Virus record (IMG/VR): IMGVR_UViG_3300008255_000032
Location: 1-43,734 of that record
Length of the DNA stretch: 43,734 nucleotides
DNA from: a virus
Taxonomy: Duplodnaviria; Caudoviricetes
Direction: 5' to 3' (one strand)
The translations under genes and the position numbers were made by a program. A model generated the notes under the pieces. The model saw only the letters and a list, made by a program, of their open reading frames with translations, did no database searches and was not told where the DNA came from. Shown one piece after another: positions 18,595 through 27,556 of this stretch (the first letter of the stretch is position 1; the number at the start of each line of letters is the position of its first letter).

Positions 18595-18690
18595 CGGATA
18601 GCATCTTCAGTCCAATTCCACCAACAAGGACGGAGCGCACAAGGGCCCTGGTGTCTAAAATCTCGGCTACACCACCAACCTTTTTTGAAA

Positions 18691-18786
18691 TTATACTGAC
18701 ACTTCTTCATCTGATTCTTCCGTTTCTGTGCCACAAAAGCAGCACGGATTATGTTCACAATGAGGGCACTTGTCCGCGAAGCTCAT
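18691..18786 (-). CDS. 31-aa Cys-rich peptide (MSFADKCPHCEHNPCCFCG...)
   Basis: ATG immediately after stop of 18788..19180; CxxC and CCxC. Confidence 0.5.
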   Translation of the reverse strand: MSFADKCPHCEHNPCCFCGTETEESDEEVSV

Positions 18787-18787
18787 C

Positions 18788-19180
18788 CTAGTGCTTCTTC
18801 TTTTTCTTTCGGTCTGGGACGTTCTTCTTTTTGGTGGCACTCGCACCCTTGATGCCGTCCAGGTCAATATCGACAGGTTCAACAGGTGGAAGCACATTTA
18901 TAGGCACTTCGTCGTACTCCTGAGACTGCACCACAATCATAATGCCGTTGCGGATTGAGTCTGGGGCGACAGTTATGATTCTAGCGTCCTCTGGGATGCC
19001 AGCGATGACCTTAAAATTCTTTTGGAATCGTAGTCCTTTGGTGAAGAGGAACATAAATTCCCCTGGCTTAACCATCAGCATTTTCACGCGACGCTTTGGG
19101 ATTTTAGCTCCCTCGGGCTTTTTGACGACCTTAATATCTGGGTCGGTTTGTGGTAATTCTTCTGCGGGTCTTTTACTCAT
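18788..19180 (-). CDS. Hypothetical protein
   Basis: 130 aa ORF overlapping the RusA stop, GGAG RBS. Confidence 0.7.
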   Translation of the reverse strand: MSKRPAEELPQTDPDIKVVKKPEGAKIPKRRVKMLMVKPGEFMFLFTKGLRFQKNFKVIAGIPEDARIITVAPDSIRNGIMIVVQSQEYDEVPINVLPPVEPVDIDLDGIKGASATKKKNVPDRKKKKKH

Positions 19181-19547
19181 CTCGGTACTCCATTAAAGTT
19201 ATTTTTCCTTCGCGGGCCCAATACTTCTGACAGTGTACGTCATAAATGTAACTGTCGTCGCTTGACATGGCATCCATGAAGGCTTTGAGGTAATTGTCAA
19301 CGTCGGGCTTCACCTGATGGGGTTGGCCGTCGAAGGCAATCTTCTTTTTCTCGCTCCAAGATTTAGGTAATGGAACGTGAAAAACTATTTTAAATCTAGG
19401 GTCTAGCTCACCTTTTATGACCTCGCGCAAATCATCTTTGAATTGGCGGTATCGCATCACTGCGGGCCGTTGCTTCCATTTATCGCTGCGAGTCATTCGA
19501 GGCTTGGGGCACGGTGGCACTGGTATATCAACTATGTGCATCGCCAT
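19173..19547 (-). CDS. rusA: RusA Holliday junction resolvase
   Basis: PKPRMTRSDKWKQRP, PKSWS.KKK, KPDVDNYLKAFMDA, DDSYI. Confidence 0.9.
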   Translation of the reverse strand: MAMHIVDIPVPPCPKPRMTRSDKWKQRPAVMRYRQFKDDLREVIKGELDPRFKIVFHVPLPKSWSEKKKIAFDGQPHQVKPDVDNYLKAFMDAMSSDDSYIYDVHCQKYWAREGKITLMEYRDE

Positions 19548-19836
19548 GACATTCCCTCGTTAGCCAGACCATTTTAGATTTGTCAAAGAGCAACTTTCCT
19601 TCGCGTCCCTCAGTGTGGTGTAGGTCCATATCGACGCTCGCGACACCACAATGAGGTAGACCAATTTTCACATCTTGACAGCGAATCAGTCCTTCGTCGT
19701 CTTTATCTTTTTCGAATTCGGAATTTCGAAAGTCTTCCCACTCTTGGCTTATCCTCCCCCGTTTTTTTAGGGGTTGGCCTCTTCGGAGCGGTTTTGTCGT
19801 CAAACCAGATTTCGGTTGTAGTACCGTCCTTTTCAT
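19528..19836 (-). CDS. Degenerate HNH-like protein
   Basis: C...HC...DLHH..GR......WLTRECH. Confidence 0.55.
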   Translation of the reverse strand: MKRTVLQPKSGLTTKPLRRGQPLKKRGRISQEWEDFRNSEFEKDKDDEGLIRCQDVKIGLPHCGVASVDMDLHHTEGREGKLLFDKSKMVWLTRECHGDAHS

Positions 19837-20132
19837 CTGCTAGAAACGGGTGGGTTTTCCCCGCCTCCATCGGCTTGATTTTTGGCATCAGCTTCTTTAG
19901 CTGTTCGAACTTCTCTTGCTTTTTTGGCGATAGTGGTGAGCTCTTCGGTCTTGCCTTTATCTTTGAGGCTACCAAAGTAACCGCGAGTCCGCTTACGAGC
20001 ACCATTAAGGCCAATTCTCTTAGGGTAATCGGTTCCATTTTTCTCCTTCAATGTTTCCATTGCTTTTTTACCAGCAGCAGACCTATCAAATTGTGGAATG
20101 CGCCTCCCTATCTTATCGCGTCTTTCTTCCAT
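19833..20132 (-). CDS. Small basic protein (KGG stress-protein-like)
   Basis: AGKKAMETLKEKNGTDYPKRIG..G; ATGA coupling to next gene. Confidence 0.55.
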   Translation of the reverse strand: MEERRDKIGRRIPQFDRSAAGKKAMETLKEKNGTDYPKRIGLNGARKRTRGYFGSLKDKGKTEELTTIAKKAREVRTAKEADAKNQADGGGENPPVSSR

Positions 20133-20135
20133 GTG

Positions 20136-20501
20136 CTAATCCTCTATGTTATCAATCTCATCTTGAACGGACTGTTCAAACTGAGCCATTACTCTAGTGT
20201 AGTACGGGGTGAAATTATCCTTTTTGCCACCCTTTTTCATGTGAAGCGCAAAGAGTTTCATCCGAAGCGATTTCGAGGGGCTGACCTGGCCTCTAATCTG
20301 GGTGTTGTCGTCTGGTATTTCGTCCAGACTGATTTCGTCCATCTTGAAGGCCAAGTGGCCAGGCTGTCGGTAATACTGGTCCATCAAAGAGAATTCATCG
20401 TTACTGATTTCCTTCATGGTTTCGAACTTGAGGGTCACCGACCCAGCTTTTTTACGGCTGGGTGAGCTCGTCATTATGGCTTCGACCAGTAGTATGTTCA
20501 T
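20136..20501 (-). CDS. Phage hypothetical protein
   Basis: 121 aa in contiguous operon. Confidence 0.7.
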   Translation of the reverse strand: MNILLVEAIMTSSPSRKKAGSVTLKFETMKEISNDEFSLMDQYYRQPGHLAFKMDEISLDEIPDDNTQIRGQVSPSKSLRMKLFALHMKKGGKKDNFTPYYTRVMAQFEQSVQDEIDNIED

Positions 20502-20502
20502 G

Positions 20503-20805
20503 CTAAATCTCGAGTTCGCGTGTCATTCGACTTATTTTATCGCTCAAGCTCGAAAGTCGGTAACCGTGACCGCCGATAGTGTCCACCAAAGAAGAGTTGC
20601 CACGAACGCCAGGAGCGTCGGCTTTGGTAGGCTCTTCGGGCGTTCGGCTACTGACAGGTGCAAGGCGAGAGTATAAAACTTCAACCTGTTTTTCAAGGGC
20701 CTGAATGTACTCGTTATTCATCTGCAACGCTGAATCTACTGGAGAGACTTCACTTGCTTTTAGAGCCGTTGCTGTTCCTTCTGCTTTTCTAATATCGTTA
20801 TCCAT
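20503..20805 (-). CDS. Hypothetical protein
   Basis: GGAGG RBS, contiguous operon. Confidence 0.7.
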   Translation of the reverse strand: MDNDIRKAEGTATALKASEVSPVDSALQMNNEYIQALEKQVEVLYSRLAPVSSRTPEEPTKADAPGVRGNSSLVDTIGGHGYRLSSLSDKISRMTRELEI

Positions 20806-20809
20806 GGAA

Positions 20810-21010
20810 TTATTCCTCCTCCACTTTAAATGTATGTGCTACTTCGTGGCTTTCGCCATTCAGCTCAGTTTCTTCAAGTTCAATGTGCTCACCAATCTCA
20901 AAGAGCTTATCTTTGTCTTCTTGGTCCCAAGGCATCATCGCAATCACATTTTCGAGCTCTTCCTTGGTATCGAACTCCATGACGCTGATGCTAGTAAATT
21001 TGTACGACAT
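20810..21010 (-). CDS. Small acidic hypothetical protein
   Basis: 66 aa, strongly Glu/Asp-rich, coupled start. Confidence 0.65.
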   Translation of the reverse strand: MSYKFTSISVMEFDTKEELENVIAMMPWDQEDKDKLFEIGEHIELEETELNGESHEVAHTFKVEEE

Positions 21011-21276
21011 TACGCAGCATCCTCTTCCTCTGGCCCATCCTCCAAAAGTGAAAGCTGTGGGTCTTCAAAGTCCTGCTCAGACACCCATTTTTCAATGGAT
21101 TCGTCGTCGGTGAAGGTTATTTTCTCGTCACTGTAGCCACAGTCGAAGGAGATTGATACCTTGCGCTCGTAGCGAGTGATTCCAGCTTCTTCGTCGAATT
21201 CTGGCGTATTTGTAACTGTGACTTTGATGCGACGGTTCGGTTGGTAAACGATTTTTTCGGTTAGTTGCTTTTTCAT
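21010..21276 (-). CDS. Hypothetical protein
   Basis: GGAGG RBS, acidic tail. Confidence 0.7.
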   Translation of the reverse strand: MKKQLTEKIVYQPNRRIKVTVTNTPEFDEEAGITRYERKVSISFDCGYSDEKITFTDDESIEKWVSEQDFEDPQLSLLEDGPEEEDAA

Positions 21277-21278
21277 AT

Positions 21279-21596
21279 TTAAGCCTCCTCTGGCTTTGTT
21301 ATTTGATAGCCCTGGCCTTCCAGGATTTCTTTCATCCGCGCAAGGCGACGTTCGCGAATCATGTTGGCCTCTTCCTGGGTGATGATGTGCTGCTCGAAAG
21401 CAACGTCTTTCACATCAATGTCAGATGACCAATCATTCACGACCACGTTTTGCTCGATGGTCGGCACACCGAAGGCTTTATTATCGACTTCGATATTGAG
21501 TTTGACGATAATCTCGTCTTTGTAAATGCTCGGGGCTTTTTTTGTCATCCCCTTAACACCGCTACGGTCTACTCGTAAGTAAATGAGCTCTTTCAT
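21279..21596 (-). CDS. Hypothetical protein
   Basis: GGAGG RBS, 105 aa. Confidence 0.7.
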   Translation of the reverse strand: MKELIYLRVDRSGVKGMTKKAPSIYKDEIIVKLNIEVDNKAFGVPTIEQNVVVNDWSSDIDVKDVAFEQHIITQEEANMIRERRLARMKEILEGQGYQITKPEEA

Positions 21597-21605
21597 GGAT
21601 TCCTC

Positions 21606-22382
21606 CTAGAATTCTACGTCTTGGACGTTGATTTCAGTCTTTTTAGCGACTGCTTTTTTCTTTGGTGCGGGCGCTTCGGCCTCTTCCTCATCGTCATCAT
21701 CTTCGGTGACTGGCTCGTCGGCAACGGTAGTAGGCTCATCATCATCGTCATCTTCGACAACATCATCGGCTTTTGGCTTCTGAGCCATGTAGGTATTTAG
21801 GTAACGCTGCAATTCTTCGTCGAGTTTAACGGCTTCCTTTTTAGTCTGCTCGTTCAAGTTCAAACCTTCAATGATAGGGGTGAAGTAAATGGTTGCACCC
21901 TTTTTGGCTTTCTTGCCACCAGTAATACCGACGGCTGCAACAGAAACATCGAATTTCTTTTCAAATTCAATCCAGGCAGTCAATGATGCACCAGAGAACT
22001 TGATATTACCTATTACGAGCTCGCCAGATTCGTCTTTAAAGGCAATATAGACACTCTTGGCGTATTTAGCGCCGAGGGCCTTGATACGGTCCGAGATGTC
22101 GCCATACGCGCCTTGTGCGATGGTTCCTGTTTTGGTTTTTACAACCAACTTGTCTTTCAGGTCACGAACTTCATTGCTCCAAAAACCAGAGTGGTCTTTT
22201 TCACTGAAACCCGTGATGGTGTGTAACTCGTCCAAAACTGTGAAACGGAATGGAAGGTCAACTTCGTATTCCTGCTCATCAGCCTTATCGTAATAAGTGA
22301 TTCGGCCACCGCCGTCAGCTCCACCGCGCCATTGCATGAAACGGGTAGATGGGTTTTTGATTTGTGGGTTGCTTAATGACAT
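21606..22382 (-). CDS. Putative ssDNA-binding / annealing protein
   Basis: Beta-rich core with long acidic tail ending in Phe, follows the nuclease gene. Confidence 0.5.
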   Translation of the reverse strand: MSLSNPQIKNPSTRFMQWRGGADGGGRITYYDKADEQEYEVDLPFRFTVLDELHTITGFSEKDHSGFWSNEVRDLKDKLVVKTKTGTIAQGAYGDISDRIKALGAKYAKSVYIAFKDESGELVIGNIKFSGASLTAWIEFEKKFDVSVAAVGITGGKKAKKGATIYFTPIIEGLNLNEQTKKEAVKLDEELQRYLNTYMAQKPKADDVVEDDDDDEPTTVADEPVTEDDDDEEEAEAPAPKKKAVAKKTEINVQDVEF

Positions 22383-23510
22383 TTAAAATTCCTCCTTAGA
22401 ATTTTTAGTTGGTTGTGTTGGCTCTGACTCTTCCACCGCTTCCTCGGCGTGGGCGAGTAGACCCTTCTTAGTTTTCTCCGCGATGCGGTAACAAAATATT
22501 ACTGCTCGCGCCCAGTCTACGCACTCTTCAACGGTCAGACCGCATTCGCTAGCATAGATGAGTGAAAACTCCCCGTCCTTACGTGCTGATACTACCAAAA
22601 GGTCGTCGGCTGGTTCTTGACCAAGCTCACGTCGCATCAGTTCGTACAGGGCATCTTGAAGGAAGTAGCTGTAGTAAACGCCCTCTGGCGCAGCTGCTTC
22701 TTTGCTGGCACTAGCGTTGCTAGTCTTCCAGTCGGTCGTACATCGAACCATTTCTTTATCGCTAAATAATTCAGGCTTAGGGTGGTGTTTGGTAGCGATG
22801 CTCAGGTCGGCATCGTAAGTACCACAGATGTTGTATTCGAGGGAGTACAAAATGTCTTCCGCACTATGCAATTCTGGGGTAACGGTGAACCACCACTTTT
22901 GGAAACGCAGGAAGGCTTTCATAGCCATCGCTACGTCTTCGTCGAACTCTTCCATCGCTTTTGTGCGCATAGCTTCTGAGTCGTATTCTGATTCTTTGAT
23001 GTTCCAGGCGTAGTTTTCGGCAATATCAAAGTCCTGGCCTTTTATAAGGTGTTCAATAGCATCGTGAACAACAGAACCGATGTCCGCGCCCTTTTTCTGC
23101 TTGCGCTGCCAGCCCTTGGCTGCTGAGTCAACAACTTCCAGGAGGCTTTGGTCACCGATGTCGATGATTTCACCGTTTTGGCCGAGCGTACCGACACCCT
23201 TTGAAAAGCCAGCTGGCATCTTGCGAACCTCGCCATCGTCGCCTTCAACTTCAAACGCACCATAATAACCAAACAGTTCGCGTAGTGCGACGTTCTTTGG
23301 CCATTGCATGAGGCCCTTCTTTTCGAGCGTATCACCGATGAGAGTGGTCACACCCTTCGGGTACATAATCTTGCCCCAAGCTTTCGGGTCGCTTTCTGGG
23401 AGGTCCCAGTTTATGCGTGGTCGTGCATAGTAGCGGTGAGCCTTGTCTTTATAATCGAGCTTGATTTGCCCGTCGTAAAATACTTTGGTTATATCCTTAA
23501 ATGCCATCAA
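22383..23510 (-). CDS. PD-(D/E)XK family exonuclease
   Basis: GVTTLIG, IGSVVHDAIE, SAE, ICGTYDA, DWKTS, YFLQDALY. Confidence 0.8.
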   Translation of the reverse strand: MMAFKDITKVFYDGQIKLDYKDKAHRYYARPRINWDLPESDPKAWGKIMYPKGVTTLIGDTLEKKGLMQWPKNVALRELFGYYGAFEVEGDDGEVRKMPAGFSKGVGTLGQNGEIIDIGDQSLLEVVDSAAKGWQRKQKKGADIGSVVHDAIEHLIKGQDFDIAENYAWNIKESEYDSEAMRTKAMEEFDEDVAMAMKAFLRFQKWWFTVTPELHSAEDILYSLEYNICGTYDADLSIATKHHPKPELFSDKEMVRCTTDWKTSNASASKEAAAPEGVYYSYFLQDALYELMRRELGQEPADDLLVVSARKDGEFSLIYASECGLTVEECVDWARAVIFCYRIAEKTKKGLLAHAEEAVEESEPTQPTKNSKEEF

Positions 23511-23694
23511 CTTGCTCCTTCGTTGCTAACTTAAATTTACATAATTCGATACGGCAAGCTGGTGTTTCTCCAGCTGGTGTTTTTACCTCAGCCCATTCAT
23601 CTCTTTCTGTATCGAAATCTTTCACAACCTTCGCTAGGAATTGACCTTTGCGCTGGTGATTGACGACTACGTGTTGACCCTCTGTGAAAACCAT
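23497..23694 (-). CDS. Small SH3-like hypothetical protein
   Basis: TAAGGAG RBS, first gene after promoter. Confidence 0.7.
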   Translation of the reverse strand: MVFTEGQHVVVNHQRKGQFLAKVVKDFDTERDEWAEVKTPAGETPACRIELCKFKLATKEQVDGI

Positions 23695-23727
23695 TTTTTG
23701 TACGCTCCTTACTTCGTTATTGTTTCT

Positions 23728-23756
23728 ATCCTATTACACCATAGCCGAAATGTCAA
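23728..23756 (-). promoter_or_regulatory. Sigma70-type promoter with GGCTATGGT box
   Basis: TTGACA-TTTCGGCTATGGTGTAA-TAGGAT (17-bp spacer). Confidence 0.75.
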
Positions 23757-24133
23757 GTCGGTTTTGGTTTCTCCTGAATGACAAAGTTATTCTTGTCAAT
23801 ATCGGGGTCTGCGTATACCTCCATTCCGAATAAACTGCCAATTTTCATGCGCCTAGTCAGGTCGTCGGTTGGCATGAGCAGAATCCAGTCTATCGGTGCA
23901 TTTGCTGTGGCTTCACCTAATTTTAAATATGCCTGGCGAATCTGGTCTATGCCCGAAAAGCTGAATACTGGACCGCCTTCGTGATTGGTAAGGTACGCGC
24001 CGTGTGGCAGATTTATTCGGAAAACCTTCTTTGCTGCTGTGAGGTTGTTCGCCACGGCTATGATGATTTGCATATCTTCGGGGGCTACTAGGTTCTCTGG
24101 CGGGCCTTCGCCCAAATCCATCGATGTGCTCAT
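23753..24133 (-). CDS. Hypothetical protein
   Basis: 126 aa, ATGA coupled. Confidence 0.65.
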   Translation of the reverse strand: MSTSMDLGEGPPENLVAPEDMQIIIAVANNLTAAKKVFRINLPHGAYLTNHEGGPVFSFSGIDQIRQAYLKLGEATANAPIDWILLMPTDDLTRRMKIGSLFGMEVYADPDIDKNNFVIQEKPKPT

Positions 24134-24405
24134 CCCATTACGCCTACGAGCTGGTTGCGCCGTGCAATCTCAGTATCGAGGGCTTTGAGCTGTTGGTCGA
24201 TACGACTAATATCTGCGCCCCAACGAAGTAGGAAAATGTTTTCTGGGTCGGTGAATTGTATATGTGCTTTCGGAATAGCTATCCGTTGTGCCACTACCTC
24301 GTAGCTTTGGAGCACTAAACCAAATGATTTGTAGACTGCCTGAATATCCTGCCAGCTCCATGAGCCGAGATTATTCTTCTTCGATTTCGTCGATAGGTGT
24401 GCCAT
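24130..24405 (-). CDS. Hypothetical protein (start taken at MAHLS)
   Basis: Downstream Met minimises overlap with 24371..24805. Confidence 0.55.
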   Translation of the reverse strand: MAHLSTKSKKNNLGSWSWQDIQAVYKSFGLVLQSYEVVAQRIAIPKAHIQFTDPENIFLLRWGADISRIDQQLKALDTEIARRNQLVGVMG

Positions 24406-24805
24406 CTGAGAGATACCGTTCCTTTCTTGCTTCAAATTTTGCTCGGCCAGCTGGATTAGATGGCTCGGTAATAGGGACCATACAATCCATGCAAATCGGT
24501 ACTTCACCCGTGCCATCGATGTTGTGGTGGAGGTGGCTGGAAACGGTGGTAGGGTCGTGGAGTTCAACTTCTTTTGCGAAGTAGTGGCCGTCTTCGATGC
24601 GTCCGATTTCTAGGTAGGTTTTGCTACCTTCGTAGTCGAATCCGAGCACTCGGCCGACCTTCAATTTCATCTTAACGACTTGAGATTTGGTGTTGCCCTC
24701 GATGAGCTCATTGATAGTGTCAGTAATATCCTGCTCAGGATTTTTGTTGGCAAGATATTGCTTCTTGCGCTTCCGTTCGAATTCTAATTTGCTATTGCTT
24801 GGCAT
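24371..24805 (-). CDS. Hypothetical protein with His/CxxC metal-binding motif
   Basis: HLHH...CMDC; coupled to upstream gene. Confidence 0.65.
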   Translation of the reverse strand: MPSNSKLEFERKRKKQYLANKNPEQDITDTINELIEGNTKSQVVKMKLKVGRVLGFDYEGSKTYLEIGRIEDGHYFAKEVELHDPTTVSSHLHHNIDGTGEVPICMDCMVPITEPSNPAGRAKFEARKERYLSDGTPIDEIEEE

Positions 24806-25761
24806 TAGAGTGTATTCGCTTTCTCGGCCATTTTTTCTGCGACCGTATTTACATAATTTCGGGCGTTATTCATAATCGCTTGGGCTTCCTCAGTCTCGAG
24901 CATTGGGACAGGTAGTTCACCAAGAGATTTGGCATAGGCCAACAATTTATCTTTGTCAGGGGCGAGCAATTTAGCTTTTTCAGCTTCCTCGGCTTCGGCC
25001 TTTTCTTTGGCTGCGACTGCATCTTTGCGACGTTGCTCAGCTTCCAATTCCTCACGCTTTTTGCGTTCGGCAGCAGCTTTTTCACGCTCGGCCTGTAACT
25101 TCTTTTCGTTCTCGGCATCAATTTTTTTCTGGGCTGCAGCTTTTTCGTCCGCTTCCTTTTTGAGGCGAGCATTTTCTTTGGCCTGGTCCGAGATACGCTT
25201 AGCTTCGGCTTCTTCAGCCTTTTTCGCTTCAGCTGCTTCCTCGGCACGTTTCTTCTCGGCAGCTGCGCGAGCTTCAGTACGTTCGACAATCAGGGCTTCA
25301 AATTGCTCGTCGGTCATTTCTTCGTAATTGTAAAACGACGTGTCGCCTACAAGTGGAGACAATCGCTCGAGTCGTGCAGCCTTCTTTTCAGCTGCAATTT
25401 TTTCATTCTCAATTTTTACAAAATCTTCCTGGAGTTGCAAATAGTCCTCGGCTGGCTGAATCGTGTCTTTGACGTAGCGGGCCACGGCATCGATAGCACG
25501 ACCAGCCTTGAGTGCGTCTTCCTTCAATTCCTTACGTCGGTTTTCAACGCCAGTGCGAATTTTTTTAAGGGCCAATCGCTTGTCGCGGGCCTCTTGCATC
25601 AGGGTCACTTGCTTGTGACCAGTTACTTTGATTTCTTTGTAGGTGGAGAGAATTTCACCCGCTTCTTCGAATGGAGCACCGAAGGCTTCAATCAACTTTT
25701 TAGCATTTTCCTGGCCGACATTCTGCTCGGTGAGGATGACTTGTAACTGATTATCTTTCAT
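24805..25761 (-). CDS. Long coiled-coil protein
   Basis: 318 aa Ala/Glu/Lys heptads, TAAGGAG RBS. Confidence 0.75.
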   Translation of the reverse strand: MKDNQLQVILTEQNVGQENAKKLIEAFGAPFEEAGEILSTYKEIKVTGHKQVTLMQEARDKRLALKKIRTGVENRRKELKEDALKAGRAIDAVARYVKDTIQPAEDYLQLQEDFVKIENEKIAAEKKAARLERLSPLVGDTSFYNYEEMTDEQFEALIVERTEARAAAEKKRAEEAAEAKKAEEAEAKRISDQAKENARLKKEADEKAAAQKKIDAENEKKLQAEREKAAAERKKREELEAEQRRKDAVAAKEKAEAEEAEKAKLLAPDKDKLLAYAKSLGELPVPMLETEEAQAIMNNARNYVNTVAEKMAEKANTL

Positions 25762-25790
25762 TTTGTATCGCTCCTTACTGCTTAAACTCT

Positions 25791-25819
25791 ATGCTACTCT
25801 ACCATAGCCGTATTGTCAA
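25791..25819 (-). promoter_or_regulatory. Sigma70-type promoter with GGCTATGGT box
   Basis: TTGACA-ATACGGCTATGGTAGAG-TAGCAT (17-bp spacer). Confidence 0.75.
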
Positions 25820-25845
25820 GCTCTTTATTATTGATTGTGGATAAG

Positions 25846-26949
25846 CTAATATAGAACTGATGAAGACCCCTTTGATTGCTCCTTACTTTCTCGGGGGTCT
25901 TCAAGCTTTTCTGCGCCAGGGAATAATTTGTCAATAGTATCGAAAATACTGGCGTTCGGGTCAATCTCAATTTCAGGTTCCACCACTGCTTCTGGCTCAT
26001 CTTCCACATCTGGTACTGTCGGAAAAAGCTCCTCGTTACAATAATTGTTCACCGCTTCAAAACCTTCAGCTTCGAAGAAATCGCCCCAGTCCTTGTATTT
26101 TTTTGGTGGTTGCTTCACGCGATAACTCATCACTGAATCCAAAGCCTCGCGCAATTTATCGCCAGCTTCGTCATTATCACCCGCGTAGATGACTTGTATA
26201 TCGTTTTCCTTGCAAAAAGCACCCATCTTCTTAACTAGCTCACCCGAGGCTGCTGAGGGGGCTGCAATCCATGGTATAGCGCAAAAATCAAGCACTGCTG
26301 CATCGCTCGCGCCCTCCACCAAAAACAAAGGCTGGCCTGGGTCGAGGTTCCAAGTGCCGTACATTGTCGGCTTGGTATCTTTCCAAAAGTTGAAACGCGG
26401 TCCGCTTTTTAAGTTACGCCACTGCGCAAATGGAATGCTGGTTTGTGTTCGGCTGAAATACGGAATGAAATATCGCTCATTTTCTTCGTCGTAACGCCAG
26501 CCCATATAGTTCAAATTACTGATGTCGATGCCCTTAAATACGTGGTCCTCTGGTATCTCAGGAAGTGACTTCCAAAAATCCATCAGGTCTACTGCGGTAT
26601 ATTGATGCTCGCTCACTTTATTTTGTGTACCTTTATCGCTGGACCTGGCCGATTGGCCTTGAGATACAGGTCGCGAAAATGATTGTTTTGACCCGCTGGA
26701 GTGTGAAGAATTATTATTTGGCCTGAGTTCTGGGAAGGCTTTCGTGATGTGATAGCGTCCGCATCCCGAGTGGCAGTTGACGAACCAATCGTCCTTGTAA
26801 ATTTGGACGCTAGGGTGCGCATCATCATGCGTAGGACACTGCGCCAAGATATAACGACTTCCATTTTTATACTTGAGTCCTGCTCCTTCGAGCGCGGATA
26901 GCACTTCAGATTCCGTGAATGTGTCATCGGGCCAATCTCCTTTATTCAT
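25846..26949 (-). CDS. DNA primase (CHC2 zinc finger + TOPRIM)
   Basis: CPTHDD.HPS...CHSGC; LVEGASDA; GDNDEAG; KDWGD. Confidence 0.88.
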   Translation of the reverse strand: MNKGDWPDDTFTESEVLSALEGAGLKYKNGSRYILAQCPTHDDAHPSVQIYKDDWFVNCHSGCGRYHITKAFPELRPNNNSSHSSGSKQSFSRPVSQGQSARSSDKGTQNKVSEHQYTAVDLMDFWKSLPEIPEDHVFKGIDISNLNYMGWRYDEENERYFIPYFSRTQTSIPFAQWRNLKSGPRFNFWKDTKPTMYGTWNLDPGQPLFLVEGASDAAVLDFCAIPWIAAPSAASGELVKKMGAFCKENDIQVIYAGDNDEAGDKLREALDSVMSYRVKQPPKKYKDWGDFFEAEGFEAVNNYCNEELFPTVPDVEDEPEAVVEPEIEIDPNASIFDTIDKLFPGAEKLEDPRESKEQSKGSSSVLY

Positions 26950-27407
26950 TATTTAAACCACCTGTAGTAATCTTGTTTTTCGTCATCCCAAATAATTGTG
27001 GGTTCCTTACCTAATTTCAATTCATGCCACCACATAATCATACGACCAGTTCTGCCGTTACCATCAACAAATGGGTGGCAATGTTCAAAACGAATGTGCA
27101 TTTCTTTCGGGTCTTTGTTATCTGGTATCTGCATATCTATGAGCCAGTTATGAAGCAAAACTCTTACCATTTCTGGGTTCGGACACTTGCGACCGCCAAC
27201 CCAAACATCTATTTTTCGCAAATAACCACGCCAATCTGGTTGTAAATCGTTTTGTTTAAGAGTAATTATTTTCTGTAATTTACAGATTACTCCTACGCTT
27301 AAATGGTCTTGCTTCTTGAGAAAATTCCAAGCAACCATGCTCTGTTTGTCAAAGGCTTTATCGTCGTAGCCTTCAATTAAATTCGATTCGTGTATGTGCT
27401 CTTTCAT
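26949..27407 (-). CDS. Fic domain protein (AMP transferase)
   Basis: Canonical HPFVDGNGRTGR; N-terminal SNLIEG inhibitory motif. Confidence 0.92.
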   Translation of the reverse strand: MKEHIHESNLIEGYDDKAFDKQSMVAWNFLKKQDHLSVGVICKLQKIITLKQNDLQPDWRGYLRKIDVWVGGRKCPNPEMVRVLLHNWLIDMQIPDNKDPKEMHIRFEHCHPFVDGNGRTGRMIMWWHELKLGKEPTIIWDDEKQDYYRWFK

Positions 27408-27556
27408 CCCTGTAATCCTTCCTCTATGGCTAAGTGGCCAAGCATTCTTTTTGCATATTCGACAGCGCGTTCAGCTGCTTCGAGCTGGTTTTCCCAGTGC
27501 TCGCGCTGCTGTGGTGATAGCTCTTTTGGTACTGGCATGTGAATCAATTCGCCCAT
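27404..27556 (-). CDS. 50-aa helical protein absent from the ORF track (MGELIHMPVPKELSPQQREHWENQL...)
   Basis: Fills gap with TAATG and ATGA overlaps at both ends. Confidence 0.65.
   Translation of the reverse strand: MGELIHMPVPKELSPQQREHWENQLEAAERAVEYAKRMLGHLAIEEGLQG

Noticed and set aside
18575-18615. Hammerhead ribozyme (CUGAAGA followed by a stem on the - strand)
   Set aside because: Required GAAA after stem II is absent; same failure for GAUGAG-stem near 17223
19703-20038. 111-aa alternative-frame ORF with a hydrophobic N-terminus
   Set aside because: Fully overlaps two coupled genes that tile the operon better
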